Part shown: positions 39,758-48,822 of the stretch, one piece after another
Layout of the letters: every line of letters begins with the position of its first letter
Position numbering within the stretch: position 1 is the first letter of the stretch
Assembly: GCA_963666735.1 (NCBI GenBank)
Contig: OY762926.1
Location: 64,001-128,000 of the forward strand
Source of the DNA: Gemmatimonadota bacterium
GTDB taxonomy: Bacteria; Gemmatimonadota; Gemmatimonadetes; Palauibacterales; Palauibacteraceae
DNA length: 64,000 nt
Reading direction: 5' to 3'
Translations under genes and position numbers: made by a program
Notes under the pieces: model-generated
Seen by the model: the letters and a program-made list of their open reading frames with translations, nothing else
Database searches by the model: none
Told to the model about the DNA's origin: nothing

Positions 39758-40996
39758 TCAGCTCTTGAAGGACTTCAGATCGGGGTCGTAGCCGGCCCCG
39801 CGGAGGATGCGCTCGATCGCCTCCCCGAGCTTCGAGTTCGGCGTGGAGGCGCCGGCCGTGATGCCGATGCCGACCTCTCCATCCGGCAGCCAGGCGTTCG
39901 CCGTCGCGATCTCATCGCTGCCGATGAGCTTGTGCGTGATCCGGCCCCGGACGGTATCGATGCAGGCGGCGTCCTCGATGTGATACGTCTTCGTGTGCCG
40001 CGCGCACATGTGGGCGAGCTGGTTCGTGTTCGAGGAGTTGTAGCCGCCGATCACGATCATGACATCGGGCGGATCCTCCATCATCTCCTGCACGGCGTCC
40101 TGCCGTTTCTGCGTGGCCGAACAGATCGTGTCGAAGCTTCGGAACCGGTCCGGCGCCTTCTCCGTCCCCCATCGATCCGTGATCGCTTCGCCGAGTTCGG
40201 CCGCGATGGCCAACGACTCCGCAGCCAGCATCGTCGTCTGGTTGGCCACGCCGATGCGCCTCAGGTGGATGTCGGGATCGAAACCCTTCGACGCGGATTC
40301 CGCGAACAACCGGATGAAGTCCGCGCGCTCGCCGTCTCCGCGCACGTACGAGCAGACGATCCGCGCCTGCGCCATGTCCCGCACGACGAGAAACTGCGCA
40401 CCCTCGTGCTTCAGGACCCGCGAACTCGTCGCCCGTGTCTCTTCGTGCCAGTGCTTGCCGTGGATGACCGAAGTGAAGCCGTCCCGCGCGTAGCGCTCCA
40501 CCCGCTTCCACACGTTCAGCACCGAGCCGCAGGTCGTGTCGACGAGGATGCAGTCGAGGGCCCGCAACGCCTCGAAGTCGTGGAGCGTCACCCCGAAGGC
40601 CGGGATAATCACGACATCTTCCGGCGTGACGCCGCTGAAGTCGAACTCACCGTCCTCCGAGGGGTAGAGGAATTCGACCTCCATCTCCCGCAGCCGGCGG
40701 TTCACGTGCGGGTTGTGAATGATCTCCCCGACGAGCAGGATCCGGCGGTCCGGGAACTTGCGCCGGGACTCGTAGGCATAGTCCACCGCGCGGTCGACGC
40801 CGTAGCAGAAGCCGGAGCTTCTTGCGAGACGAAGGTGGATGCGGTCCACCTGCAACTCGTTGTCGCGCTCGCGAATGAGGCCGACGATGACGCTCCCGTA
40901 CTCAAAATCGATTACGGGCTGGATCTCCTTCTTGAGACCCAACCCGCGCCGGTAGTATCGGTCCCCGACGACCGACGGCTTGTGAGCGCTCGAACT
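39758..40996 (-). CDS. ispH: HMBPP reductase, main body; 5' end separated by IS3
   Basis: SGFCYGVDRA, HNPHVN, DTTCGSV, HEET, NQTT, DTICSATQKRQ, GGYNSSNT, AGASTP. Native start lies at 42375. Confidence 0.92.
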   Translation of the reverse strand, partial: SSSAHKPSVVGDRYYRRGLGLKKEIQPVIDFEYGSVIVGLIRERDNELQVDRIHLRLARSSGFCYGVDRAVDYAYESRRKFPDRRILLVGEIIHNPHVNRRLREMEVEFLYPSEDGEFDFSGVTPEDVVIIPAFGVTLHDFEALRALDCILVDTTCGSVLNVWKRVERYARDGFTSVIHGKHWHEETRATSSRVLKHEGAQFLVVRDMAQARIVCSYVRGDGERADFIRLFAESASKGFDPDIHLRRIGVANQTTMLAAESLAIAAELGEAITDRWGTEKAPDRFRSFDTICSATQKRQDAVQEMMEDPPDVMIVIGGYNSSNTNQLAHMCARHTKTYHIEDAACIDTVRGRITHKLIGSDEIATANAWLPDGEVGIGITAGASTPNSKLGEAIERILRGAGYDPDLKSFKS

Positions 40997-41054
40997 TGGA
41001 GTTGCCCCGCTTTGACGGACACCTATCCATTGGGGTCAAGCAAGGAGGTGTTCC

Positions 41055-41369
41055 ATGGCGGGCCGGAAGGGGCGGTATCCATCCGAGTACAGGGAGCGGC
41101 TGGTGGAACTGGTGAGGGGCGGGCGTAGTGCCGCGTCACTCGCCCGGAAGTTCGAGCCGTCGGAGCAGACGATCCGGAACTGGGTCCGGCAGGCGGATGT
41201 GGACGAGGGGTTCCGTAGCGACGGGCTGACAACGGAGGCGCGCAGCGAGCTGCGGCGCCTGGAGCGGGAGAACAAGCGGCTCAGGATGGAGCGCGACATC
41301 CTAAAAAAAGCCGCGGCCTGGTTCGCGAGGGAGAGCGGATCGATCCCCGGCGGGGGTATGCGTTCATGA
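41055..41369 (+). CDS. IS3 OrfA (HTH, leucine zipper)
   Basis: YPSEYRERLVELV...TIRNWVRQ...LRMERDILKKA. A7G -1 frameshift signal at 41303-41310. Confidence 0.92.
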   Translation: MAGRKGRYPSEYRERLVELVRGGRSAASLARKFEPSEQTIRNWVRQADVDEGFRSDGLTTEARSELRRLERENKRLRMERDILKKAAAWFARESGSIPGGGMRS

Positions 41370-42214
41370 GGGCGCACCGGGCCGAGTTCCCGCTTCGGGC
41401 CATGTGCCGGGTGCTGGGTCTCTCCCCCAGCGGCTACTACGACTGGTTGAGGCGTCCTCCCTCGGACCGCGCGCGTCGGGACGCGGAACTGGAGGCGCGG
41501 ATCGCGAAGATATGGACCGGCAGCGGCGAGACGTACGGCCGTCCGCGGATCCACGCGGCGCTCAGGGCCGAGGGCGAGCGGGTGGGGCAGAAGCGCGTGG
41601 GGCGGCTGATGAGGGGGCTGGAGATCGAGGGCGCGACCAGGCGGCGCTTCAAGACGGCGACGACGAAGAGGGATGCCGAGGCCCGCCCCGCGCCGGACCT
41701 GGTGGACCGTGACTTCTCGGCCTCGGGGCCCGACGAGCTGTGGGTGGCCGACATCACCTACGTCCCCACGTGGGCTGGCTGGCTGTATCTGGCCGTCGTG
41801 CTCGACGTCTGGAGCCGCCGCGTCGTCGGCTGGGCCATGGCGACGCACATGCGGACCGAGCTCGTCGAGACCGCGCTGGCGATGGCTCTCGCAAGGCGTC
41901 GTCCCGAGGGTCGTGTCGTGCATCATTCCGACAGGGGCTCGCAGTACACCTCGCTCGCCTTCGGGGAGCGCTGCCGCGAGTCGGGCATCGCCCAGTCCAT
42001 GGGCTCGGCGGGCGATGCGTACGACAACGCCATGTGCGAGAGCTTCTTCGCCACCCTCGAGTGCGAGCTGATCTGGAAGCGCTCGTTCCGCACGGCGGAC
42101 GAGGCGCGACGGGAGGTCTTCGGCTTCATCGAGGGCTTCTACAACACCCGGCGGCTGCACTCGGCACTCGGCTACGAGTCGCCGGCCGACTACGAGAGCA
42201 ACCATGCGGCCTGA
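41366..42214 (+). CDS. IS3 OrfB DDE transposase (fused to OrfA by frameshift)
   Basis: WVADITY, LDVWSRRVVGW, HHSDRGSQY, DNAMCESFFATLECE, YNTRRLHSALGY. Confidence 0.95.
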   Translation: MRAHRAEFPLRAMCRVLGLSPSGYYDWLRRPPSDRARRDAELEARIAKIWTGSGETYGRPRIHAALRAEGERVGQKRVGRLMRGLEIEGATRRRFKTATTKRDAEARPAPDLVDRDFSASGPDELWVADITYVPTWAGWLYLAVVLDVWSRRVVGWAMATHMRTELVETALAMALARRRPEGRVVHHSDRGSQYTSLAFGERCRESGIAQSMGSAGDAYDNAMCESFFATLECELIWKRSFRTADEARREVFGFIEGFYNTRRLHSALGYESPADYESNHAA

Positions 42215-42332
42215 GGCGCACCCGCGGCGCACACCGACATCCTCTCCCGAGCGCCTGAGGGAGGCTGAAAGGAGAAGAACCGGAGGCGATCAACCACAGA
42301 AACTAACCGTCCGTGAAAGCGGGACAGCTCCA

Positions 42333-42375
42333 AACTCGACGTCTGCTCGGCCGTCGTTCCGCTCCGGGTCTTCAA
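42333..42375 (-). other. ispH: Displaced first 14 codons of ispH (RBS just upstream)
   Basis: TTG start with AGGAGGGGAGG upstream. MKTRSGTTAEQTSS joins in frame to SSAHKPSVVGDRYYRRGLGLKK when the IS is removed. Confidence 0.8.
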
Positions 42376-42791
42376 CGTCGTCAGCCTCCCCTCCTACAAC
42401 GGTCGCAGCGATCACGCGATTCCAGCCGCCCAGCCGAGCGGTCCATTGTAGGGGTAGATAGTACCCGTAACGTGTCCATCTCACAACGTTGGATTAGGAA
42501 GTGCGAACAGATTCAAGCTATTGCCCGCGGGAAGTGGGTTTGGAGGGGTGCCGCTCGCCGCGATCAAGGGCTCGGCGGCGACGGCGCTGGGGGACTCACG
42601 CGACGCCGACCGGAACGGGATCGCCAGCAGGGCATGGATCGCGAGCAGCGCGAGGGCGAAGCCCCTGCCGAGAGCTCCCATCGACTCGGAGATTTCGCGG
42701 CGCTCGCCTGCGAACGAGTGTACGAAGCCGGGAGTTGCGGGCCGACATTCCCCGCAGCTTCGCATCGAGCCGCTGCGTCGCAATCGCTTGC

Positions 42792-42911
42792 TCGTAGGAG
42801 TAGAGCCGGTATCCGTTCGCCGCCCGTCCCGACGGAACGAGCAGGCCGATCCGGTCGTAGTGGTGCAGGGTGCGCACCGTGACGCGGGCCAGCCGGGCGA
42901 CCTCGCCCACC
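42792..42911 (-). repeat. 120-bp direct repeat of the MerR gene 5' region (31514-31633)
   Basis: 118/120 identical by manual comparison, same orientation. Confidence 0.92.
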
Positions 42912-43209
42912 TTCGCCGCATTCGGCCTGGGCGGGAGATCCGGCTTCGGCGAGGAGCCCACCGGAAGAACCGAACACCGCCGCGGCGGCTGCCATCACGC
43001 GCCACACGCCGAACCCGGCCCACGAACGCGCTGGCATCACCGTCTGACAGAGAGACGCGGTAGGGAAGGGACGCGACAGGGAGGGCCCACGCCCAAACGT
43101 TCGTCCGATTGAAGGAGCCCGTCGCGGCCCCCCGCCCTCGAGGCGGGCAGTTGGCTACAGTTGGCCAGACTCTCCATGGCTTCCCTCGCGGGGATGTGCA
43201 TGGGGTATC

Positions 43210-44508
43210 CTAGGGCGCTCGGGAGCCGCGGGGCAGCGTGTCGGGATCGGGGCCCGGCGCCCCGGCGGACCGTGGCAGCGTGTCGACCTCGACATCGGTC
43301 GCGCTGGCGGCGCGCGGAAGGGCGGCCCGTGCTTCGAGCCTCCCGACGGCGGCGGAGATCGCCCGACCCGTGGCGTCCCGCGTTCCGAAGCTCCGCAGGA
43401 CCTCGCGGAGCCGGGGCAGCGCTTCCACGGCGTGGATCTCGGCGAGCGCGTCCGCCGCGTGCCTGCCGCCCGATCCCTCGAGCGCGTGGCCGAGCGCCGC
43501 GATGATCCCCGCCCGGTATCCGCCGTCGTACGCCTTGAGACGCACGTAATCGCCGCCGAGCGCCGCCCTCACCGTCTCGACCAGTTCTTCTTCGCCCAGT
43601 TGCCTCAACGCGTCGGCGACCCCGTCGCGGAAGCGCAGGCCGGCGGACTTCCGGGCGTCGCCGAGCAGCGGGACGAGAGATCCGATCGCACCGGGGTGCC
43701 GAATCTCGGCGAGCGCTTCGATCGCCCGGGACCCAAGCACGGTGTCTTCGTCCCGGGCCACATCGGTGAGGGCCGGGATCGCCGAGGGGTCGCCCAACCG
43801 CCCGAGTTGGGTTGCCGCGTCGCGTCGCGGTCCGTCGCCTTCCCAGAGGACGTATTTGTCCCGGATCCGGCCCCCGGGCGCGCGCAGGCGCCGGATGTGG
43901 ACGGGGACGTCGTCCGGTTGCGCCGGTCCGTTGTGACCGTCCCAACAGATCTGCCGCAGGATCTCGCCGAAGAGGTCGAACAGCGTCCGGAGCTGCCGGA
44001 GGTCCTTGATTGCCCTCTCCGCCCGGAAGTGGAGTTCGTCCACCCCGTCGGGGAACTTGCTGAACCACCCGCCACGACCCTTGACGGACAGATGGATCTT
44101 CGGTTGGGCCTGGATGCCGGCGCGGATCTTCCGGTTGTCGAAGAGACGCCGCAGGCGGCGCGGCGCATCGCCCTTGATCACGAAGTCCCGGTCGAACCGG
44201 GGATGGCCGACCTCGATGTCCCGCAGCCCCATCGCCTTCCCCAGCCCGCTCAGGAGACCGGCCCGGTAGATCTCGAACCTGAAACCCTCCGGATTGAAGT
44301 AGGGGGCGCGGATCCTCGTGAACGTCTGGTTCGTCTTGCCGTCGCCCGATGTGTACGTGTCGAGGGTGATGATCCAGTCGCCGGTGCGGGCCTGGACGGC
44401 GAACGGGCTGAAGAGGCCTCCTTCGTGGAACTGCCCGTCCACGTCCTCGGCGAGCTGCCGCCACACGTCTCTCCGGCTCGGTCCGAACAGGGCCCTGAGG
44501 AGTTTCAT
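43210..44508 (-). CDS. HEAT-repeat protein with N-terminal DUF3137-like domain
   Basis: N-terminal FTRIRAPY..FRFEIY..DIEVGHPRFDRDFVIKG; C-terminal PBS-lyase-type HEAT repeats (AATQLGRLGDPSAIPAL, AADALAEIHAVEALPRL). Confidence 0.75.
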   Translation of the reverse strand: MKLLRALFGPSRRDVWRQLAEDVDGQFHEGGLFSPFAVQARTGDWIITLDTYTSGDGKTNQTFTRIRAPYFNPEGFRFEIYRAGLLSGLGKAMGLRDIEVGHPRFDRDFVIKGDAPRRLRRLFDNRKIRAGIQAQPKIHLSVKGRGGWFSKFPDGVDELHFRAERAIKDLRQLRTLFDLFGEILRQICWDGHNGPAQPDDVPVHIRRLRAPGGRIRDKYVLWEGDGPRRDAATQLGRLGDPSAIPALTDVARDEDTVLGSRAIEALAEIRHPGAIGSLVPLLGDARKSAGLRFRDGVADALRQLGEEELVETVRAALGGDYVRLKAYDGGYRAGIIAALGHALEGSGGRHAADALAEIHAVEALPRLREVLRSFGTRDATGRAISAAVGRLEARAALPRAASATDVEVDTLPRSAGAPGPDPDTLPRGSRAP

Positions 44509-46124
44509 CGCAATCGTACCACCGGGTGCTTGACCTTCAGGTCGGTTTTTCGGTGCAGGTCATGTACGGTTACACACAGCCAGCGATTCTCGTCCACGGA
44601 ATACGTGACGCGCAGGCGGGGCGCGGCGCCCTTGCCGGCCGGCTCCAGCGGCAGCGCCGGGTCCGCCTCGTTGAGGCACAGGCAGAACGCCCGTTCGCCG
44701 GCGGTCTCCGGCACGAAATAGCGGGAGCCGTTGCTGCGCTCGGTCCAGTCGATCGGACGCCCGGCCACGCGTCCGACCTCGCAGATGAAGAGGTTGATGT
44801 GCCGCTGGCCGTCGAAGCCGGGGGCGTAGTAGCGCGTCGCGAAGTTGTCGACCGTCGGAAAGCACGTGCCGCCGGGGATGAGCAGTTCGTACTCGGCGTC
44901 GGCCTCGGCGTCGGCCTCGGCGCCGGCGTCGTCGCCACCGGGCAGGACGCGAAGCGCGTAGTCGTGGTAGATGAAGTCCTCGACGTGCGCGCCGCCCGCG
45001 AAGATGCACGCGCCGCGGGCGACGGCCGCGAAGGGGAGCCACTCGCGCACCTTGTCCCGGCCGAGCACGTCACCCACGACGTTGCGCACCTCCGGCAGGA
45101 GCGTGGACCCGCCCTCTAGGATCACATCATCGATGCCGTCGGGGAGGATGCCGTGCCGGGTCCGCAGCTCGGCGAGCAGCGCGTCGAGCAGCTCCCGGAT
45201 CCGCGCGTACAGGCCGTTGGCGGCGAGCAGGTCGCTGAGGACGGGATAGTCCAGCCTGCCGTACGATTCGTTGCGGAAGGTGAAGTTGCCCTCGTTCCCC
45301 GCGCTTGCGAGCAGCTTCACGCGCTCGGCCTCCCAGCGGAGCGCGACCTCCCATTCGGGCCAGTCGCGCAGGGCCGAGGGGACGAACCGCTCCAGAATCC
45401 AGCCGTCCACGTCGTCTCCGCCGAGTTCCACGGCCTGCTTGGCCAGCACCTCCGCGCGCCCGGTCTCCACGGTCCGGGCGCCGTGGGTCCTCACGACCGC
45501 GGCTTCCATCGACCCCCCGCCGAAATCGAAGGCGACGAGGGTGGTGGGGCGTCCGACATCGACGCCGTAGCCGAGCGCGGCCGCGACCGGCTCGTCGAGC
45601 GTGCGGAACACGATCCCGGTCGGCCTCCGCCGCAGGCGGGCCCACATGCGCGCCCACCAGCCGCGGTGCTTCAGCCTTCGGATGATCGCCTGCAACTCGG
45701 CCCGGTACGTCTCGTAGAAGCCGCTCGGCGTGGCGATCGTGATGTCGGTGACTTCTTCGTCGAATCGCGCCTCTAGGGCGCCGATGACCTCCCGCAGGAA
45801 GAGCGCCGCGATGTCCTGGGCGGTGAAGAACCTTCCGCCCGCGCGCGCCAGGGCCCGCCCGCTCTCCGTGCCGAGGTAGCGCTTGAAGCCGCGCGCGAAG
45901 CCCGTGGCCTGTCCGTCCCAGTTGTAGGTGACGGCCGCCTGTCCGATGAGGACTTCCTCGCCGTCCCGGTCCATGACGCACACGCACGACGGCATGACCG
46001 GCGTCTGCGTGACGGGCTCGAGTTTCGCGAGATCCGGCAGGTTCAGGATGCGCGGCCGACCGGACCGGTCTTCGCAGATCGTGGTGTTGGACGTGCCGAG
46101 ATCGATGGCCCAGTGAGTCGACAT
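44505..46124 (-). CDS. Atypical Hsp70-family ATPase
   Basis: AIDLGTSNT, DEPVAAALGYG, DFGGGS, GGDDVD, AERVK, LEGGSTLLP, AVARGA. Short, divergent C-terminus. Confidence 0.88.
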   Translation of the reverse strand: MSTHWAIDLGTSNTTICEDRSGRPRILNLPDLAKLEPVTQTPVMPSCVCVMDRDGEEVLIGQAAVTYNWDGQATGFARGFKRYLGTESGRALARAGGRFFTAQDIAALFLREVIGALEARFDEEVTDITIATPSGFYETYRAELQAIIRRLKHRGWWARMWARLRRRPTGIVFRTLDEPVAAALGYGVDVGRPTTLVAFDFGGGSMEAAVVRTHGARTVETGRAEVLAKQAVELGGDDVDGWILERFVPSALRDWPEWEVALRWEAERVKLLASAGNEGNFTFRNESYGRLDYPVLSDLLAANGLYARIRELLDALLAELRTRHGILPDGIDDVILEGGSTLLPEVRNVVGDVLGRDKVREWLPFAAVARGACIFAGGAHVEDFIYHDYALRVLPGGDDAGAEADAEADAEYELLIPGGTCFPTVDNFATRYYAPGFDGQRHINLFICEVGRVAGRPIDWTERSNGSRYFVPETAGERAFCLCLNEADPALPLEPAGKGAAPRLRVTYSVDENRWLCVTVHDLHRKTDLKVKHPVVRLR

Positions 46125-46422
46125 GGCAGAGATCTTGCGGGCGTCCGGGGGGCGGGGGAAAGGTGGCGTCCCTGCGCCGGGAGTGCGGCCGGAGGTCCTG
46201 CGTCGGGGGTGTTCGCGGCGGTGCGTGTGAAGCCGTATGCCAATCGAAGATCACACTTGCGATTGGCATAGGCCGATGCACGGTCGCCGACACACGTATG
46301 ATTGCCCGAGATCTCGCGCCGAAACGCCGTGGCCGCGTCCCGCTCGCCTGAAAGACCCTCGTCGCGTCCTTCTGGTGTTACGTGCGCAGCCCGCCCGGCG
46401 TTCCGCGCGCCGGTCTTCGGCG

Positions 46423-47604
46423 CTACCGGGAGCGGTCGAAGAACACCCGTTCGGCCAGTCCCCGGAACGCGTTCCAGCTCAGGAGTCCGGCCTGCAGCGC
46501 GCGCGCCACCGGAAGGCGGTCGAACCCCCAGCGCGCGGCGCGTTTCAGGGCGTGGTTCGGATACGCGCGGCGCACGACGTCACCGGGGTGGGGGACGCCG
46601 GGCTGAGGCCCCCCGTCGCCCGAGCCGCCCCCGTCGCCCGAGCCGTCCACCTCGAGGTGATCGGCGATGGCGTCGGCGGCGAGCTTGCCGAACCGGTACG
46701 CCTGGTGAATGCCGCCGGCGGTGAGCGGCGACACCATGCCGGCCGCGTCTCCGACGAGCAGGACGCGGTCCGCGTGGAAGTTCTTGAGCAGGCCGCCGAT
46801 CGGGATGACGCCGCCGCGCTTCTCCAGCACCCGCCTCCCGGACAACCCGAACAGGCCGTCGATCTTCGCGCTGAACCGGCGCATGTCCGCGCGGCGGTCG
46901 CGATGGAGCGCGAGCCCGACCTGCGTGGCCCCGACGCCGGGGACGACCCACCCGATGTAGCCCGGCGCGCACTCGGGATCGATGAAGCAGTGCAGGCAGC
47001 CGCCGTCGCCGGTGCGGGGCTCGTACTCCCACTCGACGCCCTTGAGGAGTCGGCGGTTGCGGTCCAGGCCGAAGCTATCGGCCACTCTGGAGCGCGCCCC
47101 GTCGGCCCCGACGAGGAACCGGCAGGTCACGCCGGAAGCCGCGCCGGAACCAGCGAGCGTCAGGGGAGTCGAGCCTCGCATCGAGCCTCGCGTCGTGCCC
47201 GCCGCCGCCGTCGACACGACGCCCTCGTAGGGGGCGCCGAACCGGATCTCGGCCCCCGCGCGGAGCGTCTCGTCGACGAGATGACGGAGAAGCCCCGCGG
47301 TGTCGGTCGCCATGAAGAAGTAGGAATCCCGCTCCAGTTCGACGAAGCGGTGGCTCGGATCGTAGACCCGGACGCGCTGGATGCGGCGCACGAGCGACGC
47401 GGGGGCCGCCCATTCCTCCCACGCTTCCTTGACGAGGATCCCGGTCGTGTGGATGCGCTCGCCCGGTGCCGACTGGCGCTCCAGGACAAGGACGGAGAGA
47501 CCGCGCTCCGCCGCCCGCCGCGCGCAGGCGAGCCCCGCGAACCCGGCCCCCACCACGACGACATCGTAGTCCGCGGATTTACGTGGCGCACCGATGGCCA
47601 TCAC
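46423..47604 (-). CDS. FAD-dependent oxidoreductase, geranylgeranyl reductase family
   Basis: VVGAGFAG, GADGARS, PGYIGWVVP, VGDAAGMVSPLTAGGI. Confidence 0.85.
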   Translation of the reverse strand: MMAIGAPRKSADYDVVVVGAGFAGLACARRAAERGLSVLVLERQSAPGERIHTTGILVKEAWEEWAAPASLVRRIQRVRVYDPSHRFVELERDSYFFMATDTAGLLRHLVDETLRAGAEIRFGAPYEGVVSTAAAGTTRGSMRGSTPLTLAGSGAASGVTCRFLVGADGARSRVADSFGLDRNRRLLKGVEWEYEPRTGDGGCLHCFIDPECAPGYIGWVVPGVGATQVGLALHRDRRADMRRFSAKIDGLFGLSGRRVLEKRGGVIPIGGLLKNFHADRVLLVGDAAGMVSPLTAGGIHQAYRFGKLAADAIADHLEVDGSGDGGGSGDGGPQPGVPHPGDVVRRAYPNHALKRAARWGFDRLPVARALQAGLLSWNAFRGLAERVFFDRSR

Positions 47605-47626
47605 CGTCTCTCCCTCCGGTTCAGGA

Positions 47627-47646
47627 GACCTTCCCGCGGGAACGTC
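47627..47646. repeat. Palindrome copy 5 (one mismatch)
   Basis: GACCTTCCCGCGGGAACGTC. Confidence 0.8.
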
Positions 47647-47914
47647 GCGGTGGGCTCAGCAGCCGCAGGCGGTCTCCGTCCCGGCTCGCGCCTCGTCCCC
47701 CTCGGTGGCGTAGCCGTCGCGCCTCCATCAGTCCGGTGTTCATCGGTCTGTCCAACTCCGCGCAACGGGTCCGGTCCAGGGAGGGGGCGCGAGCCATCCG
47801 CAGGGGGGGACACAGGGGGTTCTACCCCGGCGGACGACGCAGTGCAAGCACGGTCCGGTCGTTCGGTCCGGTTGCGGATGCCCGGGCCGCGGCTACGCAC
47901 GGGAGACGTCGGCC

Positions 47915-48130
47915 CGTTCACCTCCGCCGCGTCGAGTTCCTCGAAGGGAAGGCCGTGCTCGAGGCACGCCCGCCGCGAGCCCTCGACAATCCAGCTCTCG
48001 GGGCGTCCGATGCCGAGGCCGCCCGTGACCCGCAGGATCGATTCGCCCGAGACATCCTCGAGTTCCCGCCAGGATCGGTATGCGGCCCGCACGAGCGGCA
48101 CGTATTCCGCCCACGCGAAATAGGCGAGCC
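47915..48130 (-). pseudogene. Internal fragment of sarcosine/N-methyltryptophan oxidase (SolA-like)
   Basis: LAYFAWAEYVPLVRAAYRSWRELEDVSGESILRVTGGLGIG...HGLPFEELDAAEV; both ends missing. Confidence 0.7.
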
Positions 48131-48295
48131 CTGTTCATTCGCACCGGGGCCGAGCCCCTCGAGGACGGACGGCGAAACGTATCCACATCGAGTACACTTC
48201 GAGTACATATGGAGCACACTGTGGCTCTTTCCGCGGGCGAGATCCCCGCCGGTGGGGCACGACCACCGGCCGAACCCGGAACCCGGAAGCGTCCC

Positions 48296-48745
48296 ATGAA
48301 CGTCTTCATCAACCTGCCGGTGGAGGATCTCGAGCGCTCCCGCGCCTTCTTCACGGCGCTCGGCTTCGCCTTCAACGACGATTTCTGCGACGAGGCGACC
48401 CTCGGCATGGAGATCGGCGGCAACTGCTACGCCATGCTGGTGACGCGAGAGAGGTTCGCCACCTTCACGAACCGCGCGCCCGCGGACGCGCGCGAGACGA
48501 CGGAGGTCCTGGTCTCGCTCCAACTCGAGAATCGTGAGGCGGTGGACGCCTTGATGAAGATCGCGCTCGCGCACGGAGCGGAGGCGCTCCGGAAACCGCA
48601 GGACTACGGCTTCATGTACAGCCGCGACTTCGCGGACCCGGATGGACACATCTGGGAGCCCTTCTGGCTGGACCTCGACGCCGCCACGGTTGCCGGCGCC
48701 GGTAACGTCGACAGCCGGGCGGTCGCCGGGGAGGGTGCCTCATAA
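48296..48745 (+). CDS. VOC/glyoxalase family protein
   Basis: VFINLPVEDLERSRAFFTALGF...QDYGFMYSRDFADPDGHIWE. Confidence 0.9.
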   Translation: MNVFINLPVEDLERSRAFFTALGFAFNDDFCDEATLGMEIGGNCYAMLVTRERFATFTNRAPADARETTEVLVSLQLENREAVDALMKIALAHGAEALRKPQDYGFMYSRDFADPDGHIWEPFWLDLDAATVAGAGNVDSRAVAGEGAS

Positions 48746-48822
48746 CGGAGGCCACGGACCGGGAGGCCGCCTTCCGGGGCGAGATCGGGAAGAATCCGCG
48801 GACGCTGACAGGGGTGCTGACG

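Larger units (their letters stand above)
40997..42332 (+). mobile_element. IS3-family insertion sequence, 1336 bp, 4-bp target duplication AACT
   Basis: IRL TGGAGTTGCCCCGCTTTGACGGAC; IRR reverse complement TGGAGCTGTCCCGCTTTCACGGAC; AACT at 40993-40996 and 42333-42336. Confidence 0.95.

Noticed and set aside
38621..41128. 835-aa plus-strand ORF
   Set aside because: Antisense to the oxygenase and ispH.
42521..42536. TTGCCCGCGGGAAGTG as a sixth palindrome copy
   Set aside because: Only the GC core matches, which is expected by chance.
43105..43165. Hairpin CCCGCCCTCGAGGCGGGCAGTTG resembling an IS200/IS605 end or omega-RNA start
   Set aside because: No tnpA/tnpB/iscB nearby and no further recognisable RNA motifs; may be a simple terminator-like hairpin.
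46423..47604. Including the GGR-family reductase in the terpenoid cluster
   Set aside because: It lies outside the bracketing repeat and is separated by unrelated genes; a link is possible but unsupported.
15281..47646. Palindromes or short tandem repeats as a CRISPR array or integron attC sites
   Set aside because: Copies are kilobases apart with no repeat-spacer periodicity. No cas1/cas2 or integron integrase is present and no attC R/L box structure was seen.
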